The position numbers and the translations under genes were made by a program. Under the pieces are notes generated by a model. That model worked only from the letters and a program-made list of their open reading frames with translations. It searched no databases and was not told the origin of the DNA. From Candidatus Zixiibacteriota bacterium (GTDB taxonomy: Bacteria; RBG-13-66-14; B26-G2; WVWN01), in contig JASFLY010000032.1 of assembly GCA_050117845.1 (NCBI GenBank), positions 1 through 30,355 of the forward strand: a DNA stretch of 30,355 bases. Reading direction: 5' to 3'. Positions 20,530 through 27,934 of this stretch are shown here, piece by piece. Numbering within the stretch: position 1 is the stretch's first letter; each line of letters begins with the position of its first letter.

Positions 20530-21675
20530 GTGTTTTTCGTGGGCGTAATCGCGCTCGCGCCGGCGCCCCTCTTCGCGACGTCGATGGCCTATTTCGGCCT
20601 TCTCGCCGTCGCCGTACTCTTCGTGGTCTACGTCGCCACCGGCGGTTGGCCACGGCTCCGCCTCCTGCCGCTCGACATTCCCATCGCCGTATTCCTCGTC
20701 ATACGAATCCTTTCGACCTTAACGTCCGTCGACCCGGCGTTGAGTTGGAAGGGCCTGGAGAAGTCGGGCCTTCTTTTGGGCTACTATCCGCTGGCCCACA
20801 TGGCGTTGTCGAAATCGCGGCGGCTGGCCGGCGTCTATATTTTCCTGGCGGCGGCCGTGGGCGCGGCGGCCCTGGGCCTCGTCGACTTCGGCCTGGGGAC
20901 TGTCGACCGGGTGATGTCTCCCACCGGCGGCTATACCACCTTCGCCGAGATCCTGGCGGTGGCGCTGGCGGTCTTCGCGGCCGCCGGGGCGTTCGCTTCG
21001 GGGCGGGGGCGTCTTTGGTTCGGCGCGGCGGCCCTGCTTCCCTTCGCCGCGCTGGTTTTAACGTTCTGCCGGGGCCAGTGGTTCGCGCTCGCCGCCGGCG
21101 TCGGGCTGATAGGCGCGCTCAAGGACAAACGCCTCTGGATCGGCCTCGTGGTCTTCGCCGCCGTGGCGGCGGGGGCGGCGTACCTCTTGCCTGCGGGGGT
21201 GGCGTCGGGGCGCTTCTCGTTGGGCGACCCGGCCTTCGAGAGCTACCGGGATATATTATGGAAGGGCGCGTTGGCGGTACTGTTCGACCGGCCTTTGACC
21301 GGGTTCGGCCCCGAGACCATTAAAATAGTATTTCCGTATCAGACGCGTTTCTACTCGCCGGTGGCCGGCGTCATCGGCTGGCACAACGACTACTTCCGCC
21401 TCGTCATCGAGAGCGGCATACTCGCGGCGGCGGCGGGGTTATGGATGGTGGCGGCGGCGGCCCGGGCGGCCTGGGGCGCGTTCCGCCGGGCCGACGAGGA
21501 GGGCCGAATCCGCGCGCTGGGCCTGGGGCTTTTGGCGGCGACGGCCGTCGTGCTTATTAGCGGCCTCGTCGGCGACGTTATCTCGGACCCGGCCATGATA
21601 ATCGTCTTCGTCGTTCTGTGGGGCCTCTCCTCGCCGCTTTTAGCCGAAGGGGATAGTAAGAGCCTTGAAGATTGA
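20530..21675 (+). CDS. O-antigen ligase (WaaL/Wzy_C) family membrane protein
   Basis: Many TM helices; LTFCRGQW, RDILWKGAL...DRPLTGFGPET, HNDYFRLVIESGIL. Start uncertain. Confidence 0.8.
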   Translation: MFFVGVIALAPAPLFATSMAYFGLLAVAVLFVVYVATGGWPRLRLLPLDIPIAVFLVIRILSTLTSVDPALSWKGLEKSGLLLGYYPLAHMALSKSRRLAGVYIFLAAAVGAAALGLVDFGLGTVDRVMSPTGGYTTFAEILAVALAVFAAAGAFASGRGRLWFGAAALLPFAALVLTFCRGQWFALAAGVGLIGALKDKRLWIGLVVFAAVAAGAAYLLPAGVASGRFSLGDPAFESYRDILWKGALAVLFDRPLTGFGPETIKIVFPYQTRFYSPVAGVIGWHNDYFRLVIESGILAAAAGLWMVAAAARAAWGAFRRADEEGRIRALGLGLLAATAVVLISGLVGDVISDPAMIIVFVVLWGLSSPLLAEGDSKSLED

Positions 21676-22687
21676 CAGCATCCTGATAGCGCGGAACGAC
21701 CGGCTCGGCGATTGGGTCCTGACCTTGCCGCTGGTCGAGGAATTGAAGCGGGCGTTTCCGGAAGCGCGCCTCGACGCGATGGCGACGCCTTCGGTCGCGC
21801 CCCTGCTCGAGCGGTACCCCGGCATCGGGTCGGTGCTGCCGTCGCCCTCGCCGGGCTGGCGAGGTTTTTGGGACGCGGCGGGGCGCGTGCGGCGGGGCGG
21901 CTACGACGCCGTCATCGTCGTCCACCCGGACATGCGGGACACGCTGGTCGTGTGGGCCGCCGGCGTGCGCGTGCGGGTCGGCAACGGCTATAGGGGCTAC
22001 TCCATATTCTACAACCGGCGCGTATGCTTCCACCGCTCGCCCTCGGCGCATCACGAGGTGGAGTACAATTTAAAATACCTTGAAGGTCTGGGCCTGGAGG
22101 CGCCGCCGGGGGTCCCGGCTCCCCGGCTCGCCGTTACGGAGGAGGACCGGGCGGCCGCGCGGGAGTTACTCGAGCGCAAGGGGTTCACCGGAGACGCGTA
22201 CGTCGTGATTCACCCGGGGTGCGGCGGCTCCTCGCTCAACTGGTCCGCCGAGCGCTACCGCGTGTTGGCGGCGGAGACGTCGCGGACGTCGGGATACGCG
22301 GTCGTCGTCACGGGGACGCCGGGCGAGGCGGCGCTCGCCGCGAACGTCGTCGGGGAGGGAGCGGGGCGCTACAACGTCGCGGGGGAGACGGACCTGGGGA
22401 CGCTGCTCGGCGTACTCGCCGGGGCCCGCCTCTTTATTTCGGGGAACACCGGCCCGATGCACCTCGCCGCCGCGGTGGGCACGCCGACGTTGTCGTTGTT
22501 TTCGCCGTTGCGTTCGGGTTCGCCGACGCGCTGGGGGCCGTGGGTGGAGCCCTCGACGGTGCTCGTCCCGCCGTCTTTCTCCTGCGACGCGTGCCCCGGG
22601 GAGGAGTGCGAGGACTACAATTGCATGGAAGCGATTCCGGTCGAGGAGGTATTGGCGGCGGCGCGGCGCCTGGCGGCCAATCGATGA
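21665..22687 (+). CDS. Glycosyltransferase family 9 (ADP-heptose:LPS heptosyltransferase-like)
   Basis: RNDRLGDWVL, IHPG, AGETDL, GNTGPMHLAAAVGTPT, PTRWGPW and a Cys-rich tail ending CMEAI. Confidence 0.88.
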   Translation: MKIDSILIARNDRLGDWVLTLPLVEELKRAFPEARLDAMATPSVAPLLERYPGIGSVLPSPSPGWRGFWDAAGRVRRGGYDAVIVVHPDMRDTLVVWAAGVRVRVGNGYRGYSIFYNRRVCFHRSPSAHHEVEYNLKYLEGLGLEAPPGVPAPRLAVTEEDRAAARELLERKGFTGDAYVVIHPGCGGSSLNWSAERYRVLAAETSRTSGYAVVVTGTPGEAALAANVVGEGAGRYNVAGETDLGTLLGVLAGARLFISGNTGPMHLAAAVGTPTLSLFSPLRSGSPTRWGPWVEPSTVLVPPSFSCDACPGEECEDYNCMEAIPVEEVLAAARRLAANR

Positions 22688-22740
22688 ATTACGGGCCCGA
22701 AGCGCCTAAGGCCGGGTATTATTTATTAAATCAGAAAAAG

Positions 22741-22769
22741 TTGACTTTATATCCCATATATGGTAAAGT
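22741..22769 (+). promoter_or_regulatory. Putative sigma70 promoter of the Fe-S operon
   Basis: TTGACT-17 nt-TAAAGT with TGn, in an AT-rich intergenic region. Confidence 0.55.
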
Positions 22770-22836
22770 TATTATTAGAAAAAAGGATTAGGCTGAAAAT
22801 AAATCCCTCCAAGGGTACAAACCCGAGGTTTTAGTC

Positions 22837-23301
22837 ATGCGGATGTCTACACGGGGGCGGTTCGGCCTCCGGGCGTTGTTGCAGTTGGCCGAGAACGGGA
22901 ACAGGTCGCCGGTTTCGGTTTCGGCGCTGGCCAAAGACATGAGCGTCTCGGCCGATTACCTTATGCAGTTGTTCGTGAAGTTGCGTCGTGCCGGCCTGGT
23001 CAAAAGCATACGCGGGCCGCGCGGCGGGTTCCGCCTTTCCCGGGAACCGTCCGAGATAACGGTGGGCGATATCGTTCGGGCGGTCGAGGGGCCGGTGGGC
23101 CTTACTCCCTGCATCGCCCCGGAGTCGTGCTACGGGGGCCGGACGCGTGGGCGCGTCAACGACAAATGCCCCAATATGGACGAGTGCCCGGCGCGTTTGG
23201 TCTGGGAGAGCCTGAGTTCCGAGATAGAACGGGTCCTCGACGATACGGACCTGAGCCAGGTTCTTACGCGGGCGGGAACCAGCCGCGTACGGGCAACCTA
23301 A
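22837..23301 (+). CDS. Rrf2 family (IscR-like) transcriptional regulator
   Basis: MRMSTRGRFGLRAL, YLMQLF...GLVKSIRGPRGGFRL, ITVGDIVRAVEG and four C-terminal Cys. Confidence 0.9.
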   Translation: MRMSTRGRFGLRALLQLAENGNRSPVSVSALAKDMSVSADYLMQLFVKLRRAGLVKSIRGPRGGFRLSREPSEITVGDIVRAVEGPVGLTPCIAPESCYGGRTRGRVNDKCPNMDECPARLVWESLSSEIERVLDDTDLSQVLTRAGTSRVRAT

Positions 23302-23324
23302 ATATAGAGACGGAGCGGCCCTAA

Positions 23325-23777
23325 ATGTACAACGAGAAAGTGATGGACCATTTCTACAAGCCGCGCAACGTCGGCGTCATCGAGAACGCGGACGGCGTCG
23401 GCAAGGTGGGAAATCCCGTTTGCGGCGATATGATGGAACTCTTCATCAAGGTCGAGGACGAGAAAATTAGCGACATTAAGTTTCGCACTTTCGGCTGCGG
23501 CGCCGCCATCGCGACGTCCAGCATGGTGACGGAACTCGTTAAGGGTAAGACGCTGGAGGAAGCGCTCAAGATTACGAACAAGACGGTGGCGGAAGCGCTG
23601 GGCGGCCTGCCGAAGCAGAAGATGCATTGCTCGGTCCTGGGCGAGGAGGCGCTCGACGCCGCGATATACGATTACCTCGAAAAGAACGACCTCAGGCCCG
23701 ATTTGCGCGAACTCATCGAGAAGGCTCGGGAGAAACGCAAACCGCACGTCGACGACCCGCATGGAACTCACGATTAA
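23325..23777 (+). CDS. iscU: Fe-S cluster scaffold IscU/NifU-N
   Basis: YNEKVMDHF..PRNVG, GNPVCGD, FRTFGCGAAIATSS and LPKQKMHCS; all three Cys present. Confidence 0.93.
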   Translation: MYNEKVMDHFYKPRNVGVIENADGVGKVGNPVCGDMMELFIKVEDEKISDIKFRTFGCGAAIATSSMVTELVKGKTLEEALKITNKTVAEALGGLPKQKMHCSVLGEEALDAAIYDYLEKNDLRPDLRELIEKAREKRKPHVDDPHGTHD

Positions 23778-23961
23778 CGGCCGGGCGGAGGACCTGCCTG
23801 CCGATATGTCCGTGGCGGACGTCCTGGGTCACTTCGGCGTGGACGCCGGCCGGGCCGTGGTGGAGCTCAACCGGGAGATTATTCCGCGCGACCGCTACGG
23901 CGTGACGCTCGTGAAGGCGGGCGACGTATTGGAACTCGTGGAAGTAGTCGGCGGCGGCTAG
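23761..23961 (+). CDS. thiS: ThiS-family sulfur carrier protein
   Basis: 66 aa; INGR, VVELNREII, GDVLELVEVVGGG with the C-terminal GG. Confidence 0.9.
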   Translation: MELTINGRAEDLPADMSVADVLGHFGVDAGRAVVELNREIIPRDRYGVTLVKAGDVLELVEVVGGG

Positions 23962-23995
23962 AGGGCCGCCGTTTAACGTTATCGGAGGTCAGAGC

Positions 23996-24307
23996 GTGGC
24001 TGTTACCAAAGAAGCTGTAATGGATGCGTTGAATACGGTGAACGACCCGGAGATCCCGGGCCTCTCCATCGTCGATCTGGGCCTGATTTACAACGTCGAC
24101 GTCGCCGACGACGGCAAGGTTGACGTGCGGATGACGGTAACGGCCCCCGGCTGCCCGATGGCGCAGTTCATGGCCGACGCTGCCAAGAAGGCCATCGAGG
24201 GCGTGGAGGGCGTGACCGAGGCCAACGTGCAAGTGGTCTTCGACCCGCCGTGGACGCCCGAAGGCATGAGCGACAAGGCCAAGAAGATGCTGGGCTTCGA
24301 CGAGTAA
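23996..24307 (+). CDS. DUF59 / SufT-like Fe-S maturation protein
   Basis: DPEI...SIVDLGLIY, MTVTAPGCP, FDPPWTPEGMS; GGAGG SD. Confidence 0.88.
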   Translation: MAVTKEAVMDALNTVNDPEIPGLSIVDLGLIYNVDVADDGKVDVRMTVTAPGCPMAQFMADAAKKAIEGVEGVTEANVQVVFDPPWTPEGMSDKAKKMLGFDE

Positions 24308-24330
24308 CCCCCCCCAATTTTTAAAAACTA

Positions 24331-24366
24331 GCCGCCCCCCCTCTCCTCCGGGGCGGCTTTTCCTTT
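24331..24366 (+). terminator. Probable terminator of the Fe-S operon
   Basis: GCCGCCCC...GGGGCGGC followed by TTTTCCTTT. Confidence 0.6.
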
Positions 24367-24482
24367 CGGCCGCGTACGGCGGCGTTCTCTACCTCGAGCT
24401 GCCGCCGGCCTATAACGCCGAGACGGTCGAACACCCGACGGGCGACGACCTGACGGCGTTACGGGACGGGACGTTGAAATAA
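24365..24482 (+). pseudogene. Headless remnant of the secreted partner gene (copy of 26677-26779) fused to a GTLK* end
   Basis: 103 nt with 6 mismatches to 26677-26779; reads SAAYGGVLYLELPPAYNAETVEHPTGDDLTALRD-GTLK*; no start codon or SD. Confidence 0.8.
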
Positions 24483-24486
24483 CTAG

Positions 24487-24515
24487 TTGACAGAAACAAA
24501 TCGTAGTTGCATAAT
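24487..24515 (+). promoter_or_regulatory. sigma70 promoter of lipoprotein 1
   Basis: TTGACA-17 nt-CATAAT, then a GGAGG SD; repeated at 25593-25621. Confidence 0.75.
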
Positions 24516-24533
24516 TACGCGGAGGTTTTATAT

Positions 24534-25520
24534 ATGATAAAACAAATACTTCGATACTGCAGTTGCGTGGTTCTTTTTATCGCGGCGTTTTTGCCGGCGA
24601 GTTGCGAAGACGAGGAGGAACGCGAACTCTACGGCGGGCCGTGGCGAATTGTGAAAACGCCGGCCGGGATCGAAGCGTCGGTAGGCGAAATACAGTTCTT
24701 AAGCAAGAACGACGGCTGGGCGATTGCCGGGAAGTACCTTTTAAGGTTCAACGGCAAAGAGTGGTACGGGTATAAAAAGATCGTCCACCCCGATCCGCTG
24801 TCCGATTACGGTTTCGCCGATTTCCAAATGTTGAACGAGAACGAAGGTTGGTTTGTAGGAAAAGAAATAGTCCCGGACCCGAGAGGTGGGGGGCGAAAAA
24901 TTCAACACAGTATGATCTGGCATTTCGACGGGGAAACTTTTACCCCCGTAGAACATCCGGAAATGGGTTGGTTGGGAACGGTTTGGTTTAACGACAGCGG
25001 CGACGGATGGGCTTTGGGTTATGGAGCGCTCCACTACGTAAACGGCACTTGGGAGAACGTAACTCTCGACGCGATAGTCGAAGATTGTTTCTTCCTGAGC
25101 GAAGACGACGGTTGGGTAGTTTCGTACAAATCCGTATGGCATTGGGACGGAGCTATATGGACACGCGTAGCGGAGTGCGAGCCGGGTGATGGTTTCGGGT
25201 CGATCGCTTTCAACGAGCCGGATTCCGGGTGGGCGGGGTTATACGAAGCGCGGTATGGGGACCCGCCGTTAATGTTTCACTACGACGGCCGGGAATGGGA
25301 AGAGTACGGCGAAATATTCAACAACGACGTATGGGATATAGACTTTTCGGGCCCAAATTACGGTTGTGCCGCGGGTATAGGCGCGGCGATTTACGAGAAC
25401 GGCGAATGGCGCAAGGCGAACGCGCCGCGAACGTATTTTTGGTGTGTGGAGTGTGTCGGCCCCAACGATATATGGGCCGGCTCGGATACGGGAGATATTT
25501 ATCATTTCACAGGGTTTTAG
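24534..25520 (+). CDS. Beta-propeller lipoprotein, copy 1
   Basis: GGAGG SD and ATG 24534; lipobox FLPASC; repeated xxDGW...H(Y/F/W)DGxxW blades. Confidence 0.82.
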   Translation: MIKQILRYCSCVVLFIAAFLPASCEDEEERELYGGPWRIVKTPAGIEASVGEIQFLSKNDGWAIAGKYLLRFNGKEWYGYKKIVHPDPLSDYGFADFQMLNENEGWFVGKEIVPDPRGGGRKIQHSMIWHFDGETFTPVEHPEMGWLGTVWFNDSGDGWALGYGALHYVNGTWENVTLDAIVEDCFFLSEDDGWVVSYKSVWHWDGAIWTRVAECEPGDGFGSIAFNEPDSGWAGLYEARYGDPPLMFHYDGREWEEYGEIFNNDVWDIDFSGPNYGCAAGIGAAIYENGEWRKANAPRTYFWCVECVGPNDIWAGSDTGDIYHFTGF

Positions 25521-25544
25521 TAACCCAAACGTAGGAGGAAGGAT

Positions 25545-25588
25545 ATGCGGAGTCGAGCGCCGTCGTACCCGAGGGAGCGTTGAAATAA
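25545..25588 (+). pseudogene. Stub of partner gene: SD plus MRS start joined to an out-of-frame ...VPEGALK* end
   Basis: AGGAGGAAGGATATGCGGAGT is identical to the start region of 26639..26893 and then breaks off. It is followed by GGA GCG TTG AAA TAA, resembling GGG ACG TTG AAA TAA at 24468. Confidence 0.65.
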
Positions 25589-25592
25589 CTAG

Positions 25593-25621
25593 TTGACAGA
25601 AACAAATCGTAATTGCATAAT
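25593..25621 (+). promoter_or_regulatory. sigma70 promoter of lipoprotein 2
   Basis: TTGACA-17 nt-CATAAT, near-identical to 24487-24515. Confidence 0.75.
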
Positions 25622-25639
25622 TACGCGGAGGTTTTATAT

Positions 25640-26614
25640 ATGATAAAAATAATGCTTCGATACTGCGGTTGCGCGATTCTATTTATCGCAGCGTTTTTGC
25701 TGGTGAGTTGCGAAGACGAAGAGGTGCGCGAACTCTACGGCGGGCCGTGGCGGATTGTGAAAACGCCGCCGGAGCTAGAAGCCCCGATAAAAGACATGTT
25801 TTTCCTCGATGCGGTAAACGGATGGGCGACGTCTTATAAATACTTATTACGGTGGAACGGCAAGGAGTGGTTTGTCCAAAAGAAATTCGTTCACGCCAAT
25901 CCCGATGCGGATTACAGTTTAAAACCTGTCTGGGTATTCGCACGAGACGACATTTGGGTTGCGGGAGGGGAATCACTCCCGGGAAATATCGGCCATAGCA
26001 AAATATGGCATTATAACGGCGAGTATTGGGAGGACGTTGACCACCCTGACGTTGGTGGCATCGGTCAATTGTGGTTTAACTCACGCGACGATGGGTGGGC
26101 CATGGGTGGTTATTACATGTTGAGATGGGACGGGACCGAGTGGTATAAAACCGAATGGGAATGCTCTGCAACGACCGACACCTGGTTCAACTATCCGAAC
26201 GATGGGTGGCGTACGACACCTTCTTATATCTATCATTGGGACGGAGCTGTATGGACTCGGGTAGCGGAATGCGAGCAGGGTGACGGTTTTGGGTCGATCG
26301 CTTTCAATAGGCCGGATTCCGGGTGGGCGGGGTTATACGAAGCGCGGTATGGGGACCCGCCGTTGATGTTTCACTACGACGGCCGGGAGTGGGATTACTT
26401 CGATGATATATTCAACTACGACGTATGGGATATAGACTTTTCGGGCCCAAATTACGGTTGTGCCGCGGGTATAGGCGCGGCGATTTATGAGAACGGCGAA
26501 TGGCACAAAGCTAACGCGCCGCGAACTTATTTTTGGTGTGTGGAGTGCGTCGGCCCGAACGACATCTGGGCCGGCTCGGATGCGGGAGATATTTATCATT
26601 TCACAGGGTTTTAG
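25640..26614 (+). CDS. Beta-propeller lipoprotein, copy 2
   Basis: GGAGG SD and ATG 25640; lipobox LLVSC; N- and C-terminal parts nearly identical to copy 1. Confidence 0.82.
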   Translation: MIKIMLRYCGCAILFIAAFLLVSCEDEEVRELYGGPWRIVKTPPELEAPIKDMFFLDAVNGWATSYKYLLRWNGKEWFVQKKFVHANPDADYSLKPVWVFARDDIWVAGGESLPGNIGHSKIWHYNGEYWEDVDHPDVGGIGQLWFNSRDDGWAMGGYYMLRWDGTEWYKTEWECSATTDTWFNYPNDGWRTTPSYIYHWDGAVWTRVAECEQGDGFGSIAFNRPDSGWAGLYEARYGDPPLMFHYDGREWDYFDDIFNYDVWDIDFSGPNYGCAAGIGAAIYENGEWHKANAPRTYFWCVECVGPNDIWAGSDAGDIYHFTGF

Positions 26615-26638
26615 TAACCCAAACGTAGGAGGAAGGAT

Positions 26639-26893
26639 ATGCGGAGTATCATCTTGGGAGTGGTTTTGCTTGCGGCTTCGGCCGCGTACGGCGGCGTTCT
26701 CTACCTCGAGCTGCCGCCGGCCTACGACGCCGAGATGGTCGAACACCCGACGGACGACGACCTGACGGCGCTGCGGGACTTCGCTCGGGAGGAATTGGGG
26801 AAACTTAACAACGCCCATACCTGCCGAGTGGTCATCTTCACCAAGGACGGCACGCCCGTAGCCCGTCGCTTCGACGAGGGCGAGGGTAATTGA
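26639..26893 (+). CDS. 84-aa secreted protein homologous to the N-terminus of the 27935 protein (probably a truncated partner)
   Basis: AGGAGG SD and signal peptide. GVLYLELP..HPTD..FTKDG aligns without gaps to GILTVEVP..NPTD..FTKNG. Confidence 0.7.
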   Translation: MRSIILGVVLLAASAAYGGVLYLELPPAYDAEMVEHPTDDDLTALRDFAREELGKLNNAHTCRVVIFTKDGTPVARRFDEGEGN

Positions 26894-26922
26894 TTGACTG
26901 CGTGGCGAGGTTGTACGATAAT
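26894..26922 (+). promoter_or_regulatory. sigma70 promoter of lipoprotein 3
   Basis: TTGACT-17 nt-GATAAT, then GCGGAGGTTT, the same leader layout as copies 1 and 2. Confidence 0.65.
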
Positions 26923-26939
26923 ATTGCGGAGGTTTAGCT

Positions 26940-27917
26940 ATGGAAAAATCGATATTTAAATATGTTTGTTTCGCGGCCTTAACCGCAACCGTTTTACTCC
27001 TCCCGTCCTGCGGCTGTGACGACGGCCCAACGGGACCCGAGCCCTACGACGGGCCGTGGAAGGTCGTAGCTTGCCCGGAGGGGCCATCGTATTTAAAGGG
27101 CGTTTATTTCCTTAACCCGGACCTCGGGTACGCGGTGGGGTGTGATTACATATTGAAGTATGAGGGGGGAAAATGGGAGGTCGATTATATTTACGAGGGG
27201 GCCGCGTTGGAAGACGTTTGGTTCAGCGCGCCGGACGATGGATGGGTTTGCGGATGGGGTGACGGTAGCGGGGTATTATTGCATTATAACGGCCAACGAT
27301 GGGAGCGGTTCGAACATAGTACACCGGCGACCGCGTTCTATAGTTTAAATTTCCTGAACGCTAACTCGGGATGGGCGGCAGGGTTCGGCATCTGTCATTG
27401 GAACGGCGAAACGTGGGAGTACGTATCAGATTTAAATTACCTAACGGACATCTTCGCTAACTCCCCGACGGATATTTGGGCCGTTTCGAAATATAGTGAG
27501 CGTATATACCACTTCGACGGTGGGACATGGACGAGGGTACACGACGCTTCGTTGGGGATAGAGTTGTATAGTATTTGGTTTACGAGCCCTGACCACGGCT
27601 GGGCTGGTGGCGACGGTTGTATTTCTGGGACCCAAAGCAATCTATTGGATTATCGTAACGGTAGGTGGAGTTATTACTTAACCGACCCGTGGATTGAGGG
27701 TATTCGGAGGAGTATATACGGATTACATTTCGCCGACGCTGGTTGCGGTTGGGCTGTGGGGCAAACGACTTTCCGGTGGGATGGCGAGCGATGGTGGTAC
27801 GTTGAACCGCCACCACGCGATCTACATAGAGGGAATTTAAATGCGGTTTTTACTTTGAACGTAGATGATGCGTGGGCGGTAGGTAATGCTAGCACAATAC
27901 TTCACTATCAACCATAG
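26940..27917 (+). CDS. Beta-propeller lipoprotein, copy 3 (more divergent)
   Basis: Lipobox LLPSC; YDGPWKVV matches YGGPWRIV in copies 1 and 2; same blade repeats; ends ILHYQP. Confidence 0.82.
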   Translation: MEKSIFKYVCFAALTATVLLLPSCGCDDGPTGPEPYDGPWKVVACPEGPSYLKGVYFLNPDLGYAVGCDYILKYEGGKWEVDYIYEGAALEDVWFSAPDDGWVCGWGDGSGVLLHYNGQRWERFEHSTPATAFYSLNFLNANSGWAAGFGICHWNGETWEYVSDLNYLTDIFANSPTDIWAVSKYSERIYHFDGGTWTRVHDASLGIELYSIWFTSPDHGWAGGDGCISGTQSNLLDYRNGRWSYYLTDPWIEGIRRSIYGLHFADAGCGWAVGQTTFRWDGERWWYVEPPPRDLHRGNLNAVFTLNVDDAWAVGNASTILHYQP

Positions 27918-27934
27918 GAGTGAGAGGAGAAGAG

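Noticed and set aside
22820..22840. IscR type-1 operator (CCCGAG-N6-GTCA) at the rrf2 start
   Set aside because: The spacing is one base shorter than the E. coli-type site as I recall it, and the match is largely explained by the GAGG SD and start codon.
25140..26647. Diversity-generating retroelement TR/VR pair in the lipoprotein 3' repeats
   Set aside because: Mismatches include many C/T and G/T third-position changes rather than being confined to adenines, both copies are coding, and there is no reverse transcriptase in the window.
24365..26930. CRISPR array or integron attC array
   Set aside because: The repeats are 100-400 nt gene- and promoter-derived duplications. There are no short regularly spaced repeats, no attC-like R/L box palindromes, and no cas or intI gene.
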